Assembly: GCA_002269645.1 (NCBI GenBank)
Contig: NIVC01001530.1
Span: forward strand, 124,001 to 188,000
Direction: 5' to 3'
DNA length: 64,000 bases
Source of the DNA: Macrostomum lignano
Taxonomy: Eukaryota
The position numbers and the translations under genes are program-made. Each line of letters opens with the position of its first letter. Position 1 is the first letter of the stretch. The notes under the pieces were generated by a model that did no database searches, was not told the DNA's origin, and saw nothing but the letters and a program-made list of their open reading frames with translations. This document shows, piece after piece, positions 1 through 14,896 of this stretch.

Positions 1-4074
<4,074 letters not shown>

Positions 4075-5077
4075 GACTTGAAATTCCATGCAGGAGAGAG
4101 AGAGACAAAGTTAAAGGGAATGATAAAAAAATGATTGTTTTGAAACTTTTTTAGCATTGTCGTGTTTTGAATATACTGTATAATTTTTAGTTTATAACAT
4201 CAGAAGTTAGTGACCTAATATTATTGAGTGCTTTATATTCACTTTGATTGAGATCTGTAGTAATAGCAAGCAAAAATCAAGACCGCTTAAAATGTTTGTT
4301 ACGTCAATAAACGTCAATTAATCTTTTAAAGATAGAAAACGACTGCTTTATTTTGATTTTTAAACTTCCTTTGATCTTTGAAAAGACAGTTATGGACCAA
4401 TAATACAATGTGCATGGTGTCTAATGTAATTGCCGATTATGTTTGCTTACATTCTGTGAATTAAACATTTAAGTGTTCACAAATATAACAAACGTTAATA
4501 ACTATTATATTCTTGTGTCATTATTTAACAGGTCTATAGATTACTTTCTTATGAGATTATCAAGAGCAAATTACTGCCCAGTATAGTGGGAATAGTATGG
4601 AGGAAAAAAGCATAGGACATATGTACTTTCAAGACATTACGAGTTTTCCGGGATACTTCATTTCGTAATACTAAATCGTCCGCAAAAGGTTGAAGAACTT
4701 ATCAACACGCTACAAAAATTCCCACGAGTCCTAAATGGCCGAAATTTCGTATTGGTCAGCAATTACTCGTAAATCTTCTGCTCAGTAAAATGACACTGAG
4801 TAGTTTTATTGTTAAAAAAACACTGCAAACCCTGTGGACGGCTATGCCAAATAGTCTATGCCCAAAACCGCCACAACGCACATAAAAGTGTAATCATTAA
4901 ACCGTCTGAACCAGACATCTTCAACGCTCACGACACATTTATAGCGCGCCTACGTGTAAGCTAAATTTTCGATTTAAGCCCACAAATACGAATACGAAAT
5001 TACGTCGCGTTGATGGGCTAGAGACATAATTCAATCAGACTTTTCTGCCTTCAGACGTGCGGATTTACCGACTAAAA

Positions 5078-8000
5078 ATGGTAAGTTGTTTTCACTAATA
5101 AAGAGTCTTTAATGCTTTAATTAATGGCTGATTGGAGCCAAAGAGTAGAGAACTCTGCAAAATTTAACCTATCAAATGGCACTACCAAGCCGAAAATGAA
5201 ATTTTAGCCAAATTCATCAAGGACACGACACAAGCCGAGGGCGTAGTTGACAAATATTTTTATTCGCTAGCTTTATCTATTTTTTCGACTATTTTCTAAC
5301 ATGAATTAGTTCACCTCAAATATGTAACAATCAGAATTAATGAATAATGATTTGCATGCACAACCGCGACTGCCACAACAGGCGATCGGCACTAAGGAGC
5401 AGACAAACCAGCTGCTGATGCTGATGCTGCATATGAAACGTTGGAAGTTCATCTGGTTCATCATTGTGTTCCTATCCGCAATCTCTAATCACATGCTGTT
5501 CCCAATCATCGACGGCTGGATGGGCACCCTTGGCCAAGTTTACACGTCGATTGACACAAAACGCTTCGTGGAATCAAATCTTATACTGGCTGAAACTTAT
5601 AAGTATGAACGACAGCTGGAAAGCTTAAAAAGCATTCTCGATTCGGAAAATGTTAGGGACAGCGGTTCTTTGATTGAGACCTGCGCCAGTCCGAAGGCCT
5701 GCAAAGCCAGGATGTTCAGCGTTATGTTTGGCCGTGTGGACACCAGTAAGTTCTCCAACTTTGTCACTTACAATTACAGCAATCGGCCGCGCGTCGAATG
5801 CCAGATGTCGTACGGTGGTGACCTTAATTGTCCCTACCTGGGAAACCTGGCCGTGATGTCCAGCTACCCAAACAAGTGGAAGAACTATATGTACAAGGAG
5901 ATCCACTTCTTTAGCCTGACAAGCCGGAAAGAGGGCAAGAAAACTGACTCGGTGCGGGGCAATACGACAAAATGCGCTAAGCACGAAAACTTTGAGACAG
6001 TATTCTCGCGCACCGTTATGATGCAATGCGTCATAATTATTGGCTCAATGTCGTTCTACTTTCTGGTGTCAACGCAGTCGTGCATCGCTCAACTAAAGCG
6101 GGACGGCTTTCTGCAGCTCATGATGCAGAAGGGTTTGTCAGTTTCAGCCTATTGGCTAGTTATAAGCGCAATGACCGCAATCGAAATCGTTTCATTCTCA
6201 ATAATATTCGTCACTTCATTAGCCGTCCAATGTCCGGGCTTTTTCAATCCCGTTCACATGCTGCTAGTGTTTTTGATGTCTTTGTTCTACATGGTGGCGC
6301 TCACCTCCGTTGGCCTACTGCTCACAGTCACATTCGGCAACTACTACTACGTGGGACTGATGACTGTGCTGATTGCTATTATCTCGATGGTGCTAGTACT
6401 AGTCAACCGAATGGCAATCAGTACTATCGTAGTATTGAAGATCATATTACTATTCATATTTCCTCTGGGTCACTTCGCAGAATTCGTGCAAGGCATTCTG
6501 CTATCCGAGATTCGAATGGAATCAATCAGCATTTACAATATTAGCATTCTGGTTGTCACCCTGCTATCAGCGGTGGTCCTAGTACTAAGCACGCTGGTGT
6601 TGGACTACGTGAGCGGATCCGGGAACGGGTTCCGTCTACCTGCTCAATTCTTCATCCGAAGAGAGTTTTGGACGGCCCAGCCAGCTAGTAAAGAGCTCGG
6701 ACCGGAGAAGGACGATCCACTGTACGGCGAGGAGCCTCCGGAGTACGCAAATATCGAACCAGTTACTGATGGGCTGCGACCGTTAGTACGAATGAGCCAC
6801 CTTAGCAAAGCGTTTCAAGCCAGAAAGGCGTGCGGCAAGTCGGAGACTTTCTACGCTGTCAAGGATATGTCAGGTGAGGCGCAGCAATCTTTATTTTGAT
6901 TGACTCGCGACAAAAAACGTAATCAAGGACGAGCATTTTAACAACTGAAATTTTCTGTATCAAGTAACAAACCAACATAAAACCTCCACCTGCAGCTCTG
7001 GTTTATGAGAACCACATCACCGCCATCATTGGTCACAACGGCGCCGGCAAGACTACACTGCTCAATCTGCTGACGGGAGCCGACACGCCGACCACTGGTC
7101 ACGCGTCAATCTGCGGCATCGTTGGAACGAATCCGTTAAAACGCCTTCGACTCAGAGGCCATCTAGGCATCTGTCCGCAGATCATGAACTTTGCATCGAG
7201 CATCACGGTTGAACAGACGTTACAGCTGTTAGTTATCAGTTGCGGCCTGCAATGGAACGAGTGCCAGGAGGAGCTCACCAGGATGTTAAAAGTGGCCCGG
7301 CTAGATAATAAGCGGCACTATCGGACTGTCCGGTTGAGTGCCGGGCAGCAGCGCAAACTAGCCGTCATCATGGCGCTGATGGGCAACCCGCGTGTCCTGT
7401 TCTTGGACGAGCCAACTAGCGGACTCGATCCGGAGTCGCGTCGACGAATGTGGCGCCTATTGCAAGAGTACAGACACGGCCGAGCCATACTGATCAGCAC
7501 GCAGTTCATGGACGAGGCGGACACGTTGGCGGATAGGAAGATTTTCATATCTAGCGGTGCACTGCTCTGTGCAGGTTCGTCCTTGTTTTTAAAGAGCGCA
7601 TTCGACTGCGGCTTCGTGTTTGAAGTGACGCTGAAGAATGAAAAGCACTCGAAATTAGTTAAAAAGCAAATCCTGGAAGAGTTCAAAATGGTCAAGGTTA
7701 AGAAAAGTTTTGGCGTAAATCTGAACTTTCAACTGCCAGCCAGGGATATCAACTTTTTGCCGGCCCTGGCCCAAGCATTCGAAAAACGAATGACGCTTGT
7801 CTCAGCGTTTGGGCTGTTGCAGGCCTCTCTCTATGATATTTTTATGAAATTAAAAGATCTCGACCCTGAAGCTGTCCAAGAGATGTTCAGCGAAGACAAA
7901 GAAAACGCCGAAGGACTTGAGGACGAACAGGAAGAGACCTTTTCAGAAGCCAGTACGGATAGAAACACAAAGCTGAGTTGCATTGTCACCAGAGAGCACG

Positions 8001-11000
8001 CACCGCTGGCTCCATCGCTGCTGCGCCAGCTAAAGGCAATGATAATTGTCAATGTGATGCGACTGGTAAGAACTCGGATGCGCCTAGCCTGCCGGGTGAT
8101 TGTGCCTGCCATACTACTGATAGTGCTGATAATCACAGCCGCAATCGAACGGTCTAACAATAATCATCGCATCCATCTGCGCAATAACATGACTAATGAA
8201 GGCGAAATAATCAAGCACGGCGTCTGCGTCTTTGAAAAGGTAGAAGGCAAGCCGCGTATGCTATGGGAGGTTGATAAGAGGCGTTGCAGTTGGTTGTACG
8301 CTGGTAAGACTGCGCCCATGGAGATAGCTAAAAACTACCTGGCTTTACAGAAGCCGAAAGAAGTTGAGCTGCAAAATTTTCTGCGAGAGAAATCCAATAT
8401 TGAGAAAATCCAAAAGGTGTGCAAATCCCGCAAGCCGGATGCGGAACCGTGTCCGATAACTTACACCATAGATTGGGGTGACAACACGCCCAATTCCGAG
8501 CGAGTTATCTATTATGGGACGTATGATATTTATGAAAATTTTAACTCGTCAAAATCGGCGTCCTTAACGATTGGAACATATATGAGGGCCACGTCTTACT
8601 TTACAACAGTAGCGCGTTCCGATGAACCTCCTGACGATAAAAAGTTTTTATTTTCTGCTGAGAGCGTCTACGACTTTCGCACCACCTTTGTACCGGCATT
8701 TGGAGCCTTCTTCCAGATACTGATCATGTCGCTGATACCAGCCACTTTCCTCGACGACATCATTGAAGACAAGGAGACTCAAGTTCGCTATCAGCTTTCT
8801 ACAATAGGCATGAGCAACTTCAGCTACTGGCTCACTAACTTTATCATTCATTGGGTTCAGTACGCCACTGTGTACTCTTTGAGCACACTATTGCTGCTAT
8901 CCATCGTGCAAACTGGCTATTCTAGTTCATTCTTCATGACTGGCGTATTCTTGCCTATACTGCTGCTAGGCTTGCCAAGCAATCAGCTCATGACTTACGT
9001 GCTTAGCACTATTCTAGACAGGGCCAATCATCTTGTGACCATAATGTATTTATTCACCTCAATATTACTGGCATTTATTGTGCTACTCGTGCAACTCAAC
9101 AATGTGGCATCAATAATACTCATTTCTGTTCTGCCGCCATTCGCTCCAATAGCCCTGACTTTCTACGGCGTGAAGACAATATTCTATTCTCTGTCATACT
9201 ACAATAAAGACAGCATCTCAGACATCACCGAACTAAAGGGCAGCTTGTTTTTCTCGCAGCCACACGTGGTAGCAGCGTTCATAGCAATTATCATTCACTT
9301 TGCTGTGCTGCTGACAGCGCTGGCTATCATTGAGAACAAGATAATTCTGCTTCAACTGTTGGAGACTCGGTTGCAGGTAAGAGTTATGTGGAGGAAAACC
9401 ACTTAGTAATGCTTATTGTTGAATCTACAGAATTTTAAAAAATATAGCAGAAGTATAAATTACAACTAATAACAAGTCTAACTTCTGTCTAATCTATTCG
9501 AACCATTAATCAGCCACATCTAACGATATAAAAATGGAAGATTCCAAAAGTGACATTTGATTTCGCGATAGGCCAGGGCCTAGGACATGTTTCTGAGTTC
9601 TTCACTAATGTCAACTGACCTTAACAGCCTCACCTGTGGAGACACAGTAGACAGTTCTATTTACATGTAACTATCATTGGACATGCAACCATTTTGTTCG
9701 CAAAAGAGATTCACTTTATGTTATTTAATTCAGTAGGCCTTCTACTAATCCACCAACAGATTAAATGCACCTCTGAACTGCCAGTCGGGACATTCGACAA
9801 CCTTACTGAGGATCCCGGAGTCAAAGAGGAAACAGAACGAATCGACGCGAATCCAAACAGCGAGATGAACCTCCTGGAGGTGAGCCACCTGGCCAAGACT
9901 TATCCAAACGGTACCAAAGTGGTTCGCGATATCAGCTTCGCCACCGGACCGGCGGAAATCTTTGGCATTTTGGGACCAAACGGTGCCGGCAAGACAACGG
10001 CACTGAGTACCATTGTTGGTCGGTTAAATGCAACCAGAGGTCGGTGCGAAGTGCGCCGGCAGGACGAATGGCTGCCGAGCGGATTGGCCACTAGTCGAGG
10101 CGCAATCGGCTACTGTCCGCAATCCGATCCCTTGTACGGCTGCATCACGGCGATGGAGCATATGAAATTCTACGCCAACATCATCGGCGTGCCAGATAGC
10201 AAATTGGATTCTCTCATTGAAGAACTAGCCGACAGTCTGGACCTGAATCTCGACAGAGAGAGTTTAGCCGAGCATCTGTCTGTCGGCGTTCGTCGACGCT
10301 TGTCGTTGGCTATCTCGCTACTCAGCGAGCCCTCTGTGCTAGTCATTGACGAAGCCACGACAGGCGTCGATCCCGAGGGTAAACGATTTCTTTGGCAGGC
10401 GATTCGGGCTGCGGCGACCCTCACCTGCACAGTGCTTGTCACTACGCACAGCATGGAAGAGGTCGAAGCGATCTGCAACCGGGTTACTATCATCAATCGA
10501 GGCTTGCTGGTTGGTTTGGGCACCGTGCAACAGCTAAAGAGTTTGTAAGTATTCGCTTCTACCAGTTATATAAGCTTTTAGCCTAGCGCGGATTGTAGCC
10601 TAGTGTTTAAGAGTGTCGGACTCACGACTGAAAGGTCGGGGGTTCGAGTGTCGACCCACTCAGAACAATTGTCCTTGAGCAAGACTTAACTCTGCAATTC
10701 TTCAGTTCACCCAGCTGTAAAATGGGTGCCAGCATTAGCTGGGGTAACTGAGGGTGTGTGTGGCGACCCCCCAGTCATTGGACTGAACAGCCCTACGCAG
10801 CCTACAGATGCACCGAGCATTAGCTGCGGCTGAGCTGTCGGTTGCACATCTGGCCCAATCTGGGCAGGTGTAATCAATTATTACTTCTTATTATATTATC
10901 ATTATAAGCTTTTAAAAATACCAGTAAATGATACTTAGTGTTGTCTGGGGAAGAGAAGAAGTTGCTCGCCTTGGAATCGTTGCGCAAATCGCGCCCATGA

Positions 11001-11513
11001 AGAAAGTCCGAGCCGCTGTACCGGTACACCCTGTGTGAGCGTACCTACGATATAAGACTATAATACCAGATCTAAAACACAAAATGCACCTCACCGTCGT
11101 GGAAACAACACCCCCCCCCGATTTGCTGCCAAACACGCAGGTACGGCCGGAGCTACAGCCTAGAAATTCTGCTCAATACCTCCGTAGATGAGGCGGAGGA
11201 CAGTGTCGAAGCGAAAATGGCCACCCTAATTGAGGCGGTCAGCAAGAAGTTCAAAGACACTAAAGTCGTTGAAGAGTTCCACGATCGGGTGCACTTAGCC
11301 ATCCCTGTCGGCAGCGTCAGCCGGTTGTCCGTGGCACTCAGCTGGTTATTGGAGAATCGCAAGAGCCTGAATATCTACTATTTCTCGCTGCACCAGATGT
11401 CCATGGACCAGGTGTTCGAGCGTATGGTCAAGCACCACGACGCCACTATTCGTCAGCGAACGTCGATCTTTTCCAACGTGTCGCACACGTCCGACAATCA
11501 GTCGCTTGTATAG
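5078..11513 (+). CDS. ABC transporter subfamily A, full-length (TMD-NBD-TMD-NBD), about 1677 aa; exons 5078-5080 (ATG only), 5382-6873, 6996-9376, 9760-10544, 11141-11513
   Basis: NBD1: GHNGAGKTT, CPQ, LSAGQ, LDEPTSGLD. NBD2: GPNGAGKTT, CPQ, LSVGV, IDEATTGVD, TTHSMEEVE. Two multi-pass hydrophobic blocks with extracellular loops. The exons sum to 5034 nt in frame with GT-AG junctions. The ATG-only first exon is inferred from ATG|GTAAGT at 5078-5086. Confidence 0.9.
10581..10902 (+). mobile_element. tRNA-derived CORE-type (MIR-like) SINE with 12-bp target site duplication
   Basis: A-box-like TAGCCTAGTGTT and B-box GGTTCGAGT (10641). The segment TGTCCTTGAGCAAGACTTAACTCTGC...CAGCTGTAAAATGGG resembles the MIR/CORE domain. 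There is a (TTA)-like tail, and TATAAGCTTTTA is repeated at 10569-10580 and 10903-10914. Confidence 0.85.
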
Positions 11514-12058
11514 GACACAGAAGATCTGCTTTTACAACAAAAATGAAGCAGTTCAACTCAATAAACATCATTATATACGTTTTTTGGACAACATTTTTCA
11601 TTCAATTTATTCATTCAATACTTTCAAGTGTGTCGAAAATGTCACCCTTTTAATTTTTTATATTGGGAAGTAAAACAAACGCCAAGCTGATGGTTTGACA
11701 CAAACTTTTTATTTGATTTTTTTGATAAATAACGGTGATCCTTGCGATAAATTTGACACTAACATTAATTTTCGATCAGCAGATCCTATTGGAGCTACTG
11801 AACAAAATTTATCAACTATTTGTTGACGACGTTGGTTGCATACTACTAACTGCCTCATCCTAAAAGTCGAGGAACACCAGTAGTACTGTTTGGATTTCCC
11901 AATTAAAATTTGAGGAAAGTATACAAGAAACAAGTTTCTTTTAAGACCGTACATTGCAGTTTATATTTATTAATAAGGCAAGCAAATGCTACAAAATCGC
12001 ACAATTCTCCATTAAAAATTAATTTCTACAAGTCGCTAAGTGAAAAAAACTTTACATA

Positions 12059-12576
12059 ACGGGTGTCCCAAAAAAGGGTAACACTTTGTCCGCTCACTGT
12101 GAGCGAGCAGTTAGGCCTATAGCACAGTAATTTAACAGGTCCACAGCAAACATTTGTAAGTTTTTCCCACAAACATTTGGTTGCGAAAAATTGCTCCAGA
12201 GGCGAGTTATTGAGCACAGAAGTGTACGCTAGCTTTTCTGCCAAGCTTTGCCATACACAGCTGCCATAGACAATCTTAACGTTTAAGAAATTTAAGAAAT
12301 TTTAACGTTAGATCAGTCTCAGAGTCTATGCATGCTCTGTCATTTTTCTTACGCAAAAGATTGTCTATGGCCTCCGTCTATGGCAAAGCTTAGCAGAGAA
12401 GCTAGCGTACACTTCTGTGCTCAATAACTCGCCTCTGGAGCAATTTTTCGCAACCAAATGTTTGTGGGAAAAACTTACAAATGTTTAGTGTGGACCTGTT
12501 AAATTACTGTGCTATAGGCCTAACTGCTCACTCACGGTGAGCGCACAAAGTGTTACCCTTTTTTTGGGACACCCGT
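12059..12576. mobile_element. Fold-back MITE (about 518 bp) with about 219-bp inverted arms and TA flanks (Tc1/mariner-like)
   Basis: TA|ACGGGTGTCCCAAAAAAGGGTAAC... pairs with ...GTTACCCTTTTTTTGGGACACCCGT|TA. The arms align through ...CCATAGACAATCTT / AAGATTGTCTATGG, with a spacer of about 80 bp. Confidence 0.85.
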
Positions 12577-14868
12577 TATAATACTAAATAATATAGATTT
12601 TGGTTTAAAACTAATCAAAGGCTGATCCCGCGAGCACTCAATTAAAAATGCATTATAGGCGCAATCTGCATTTCGCCACTTTGCAAAATGGCAAATGGTT
12701 TGCTGGATAAATGTTAGTCTATGGAATCAGTCTTATAGTCTATGGTAGAGGTTCTGATTCATTTACAGTTAAGCTGAGAGAAGCATCGTCTTCACAGGAT
12801 GGTGTTTCAATATTTCTCTGCGAGCTGTATTGTTCGACGCAAATAGGCATTCTTCTGCTCGACATGAAATCCATGTTTTGTTGTATCAGCGGCTGGCTTC
12901 GCAAAGACCAGTTATTTCTTCGCTGGCAAAGGCAGACTAGTGGACCAATGGACGGGATTACCGGTTCCTGCTGGCGTTGGATGCAGCAGCTACGCTTTGG
13001 ATCCGGAATTGGGACGTCAACAATTTGCTTGAAGATCTTACAGGCTGAACAGGAGCAACCGTCTCAGACATAGGACAGACCTAGACAGTCAGAGGCTGTC
13101 TATTGCGATGTCTATTGCTATGTCTATGTTTGTCTATGTCTACTTCTGGACTTTCTCTATGTCTATGTCTATGTCTGTCTATGTCTATGTCAGTGTCTAT
13201 GTATGTGGCTATGTATGTGTCTGTGTCTGTGTCTGTGTCTGTGTCTATGTCTGTGTCTATGTCTGTGTCTGTGTCTGTGTCTATGTCTGTTTCTATGTCT
13301 ATGTCTGTGTCTGTGTCTGTGTCTGTTTCTATGTCTATGTCTGTGTCTGTGTCTATGTCTGTGTCTGTGTCTGTGTCTGTGTCTGTGTCTATGTCTGTTT
13401 CTATGTCTGTGTCTATGTCTGTGTCTGTGTCTGTGTCTATGTCTGTTTCTATGTCTATGTCTGTGTCTGTGTCTGTGTCTGTGTCTATGTCTGTGTCTAT
13501 GTCTGTGTCTGTGTCTGTGTCTATTTCTATGTCTATGTCTGTGTCTGTGTCTGTGTCTGTGTCTATGTCTGTGTCTGTGTCTGTGTCTATGTCTGTTTCT
13601 ATGTCTGTGTCTATGTCTGTGTCTGTGTCTGTGTCTATGTCTGTTTCTATGTCTATGTCTGTGTCTGTCTGTGTCTGTTTCTGTGTCTGCATCCAGCAGA
13701 TAGCTGAGTCTCAACTAGCTGGAGCAAATTCTCATTTTTAGCATGTCAAAAGCTGTACTAACGAGTGTTGAAGATGTCTGTGACATTTCTGCCCGGTAAA
13801 TCGGGTGGGAATAAATTCGTGCTCGCAGGAGCAACCACAGAATTTGCAAAAAACTATATTTAGTATTGCTTTTGTCAGCCAGCTTGATAGTTCAGCCAAC
13901 AAAGTTGAGAATTAACTGAGATTTGGTCTTGACCATAGACATAGATATATAACAAAAATGGCAAGCAAGTTGATAATTGCTTATCTTTAATTGCAATGAG
14001 CCGATGTTAAAGCCTGATTTCTATTAGAGAGGTTGCTGCTGGAATCCTTCCTTGTGCTGATGTCTATGGCCGAACTTGGTTGCCTTTTCATCAACTAGGC
14101 TGACTATGGCCATTAACGGGCACGATTGTCATGTCATTGATTGCAAAGCCGGACAACAGAATACTCTAGTCTGTATAGTCGTAGACCATGAAATAGGGTG
14201 CTGGTCTTTGGCAAAGTTAATGCTATAGGCGCATATTAGATAAATTGACATTTGCAATTTTTTCCCCAAGAGAAATGGAGAATGGGGTTTGAGGAGGCGT
14301 TTTCATTGATGGCGCGCATGGCATAGCCAGTGGTCAAAAGAGTAGTTCATCTCTTAGCAGAATATATGGTCTGTACATGTCTGCAACCAACTGCAGCGGT
14401 ATGCACGTACGCTCGTTGCTCTTAGCAACAGAAAAAAACTGGGCAGACACATTAGCTAACTGCCGCTTGCATGTAGATGACAATTGGCCTACCCACGCAT
14501 ACTTGCTTATGGTTTAAGGGGTGGCTGAACGTATAAAAATGCGCTAATAAAATTTATGACTCAAATCTACTCCATAGATTAGCAACGTTTGGGAATTAAA
14601 ACAAAGAAAGCTGCTCAAACACAAGTATTCAAAATGACTGCTGTCTCAACTAAGACAGTAGTAACTTTTCTTTGCTCAATTCTTGGTAAGTCCATCCGAC
14701 ATTGCGTCGCTTCTGTTGCCTCGTTTTTTAAATGTTTTTCTGACATCATCCACTGAAACAGCAGTTTATCCGACGAGTTTGTATTGCCAGAAAACTGTTC
14801 ATTGCAGCTTTTGCGATCCCAATCAGCTGTCAGATTAATTACGAGGTTGCGAGCTCCATCAACATCAC
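12244..14868. repeat. Tandem segmental duplication, copy 1 (about 2.6 kb)
   Basis: Near-identical to 14871-17676. Differences seen: microsatellite length, one T-run indel, and C14150/T16958. Confidence 0.95.
13103..13690. repeat. Compound hexamer microsatellite (GTCTGT/GTCTAT/GTTTCTAT)n
   Basis: Directly visible; source of the spurious VCVY, RHRH and TDTD ORFs. Confidence 0.96.
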
Positions 14869-14896
14869 ACAGCTTTGCCATACACAGCTGCCATAG
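14634..14896 (+). pseudogene. Truncated duplicate of the secreted PAN/Gly-rich gene (exon 1 14634-14685, exon 2 fragment 14808-14868 fused to MITE sequence)
   Basis: Identical to 17442-17676. The frame runs into MITE sequence and stops at TAG 14894-14896, giving a 46-aa product. Confidence 0.75.

Noticed and set aside
10586-10660. Possible tRNA gene
   Set aside because: A and B boxes are present but I could not fold a full cloverleaf. It continues into a SINE body and is bounded by a TSD.
12711-13073. 120-aa ORF duplicated at 15337-15699
   Set aside because: No recognisable motif or splice context; its apparent conservation comes only from the recent tandem duplication.
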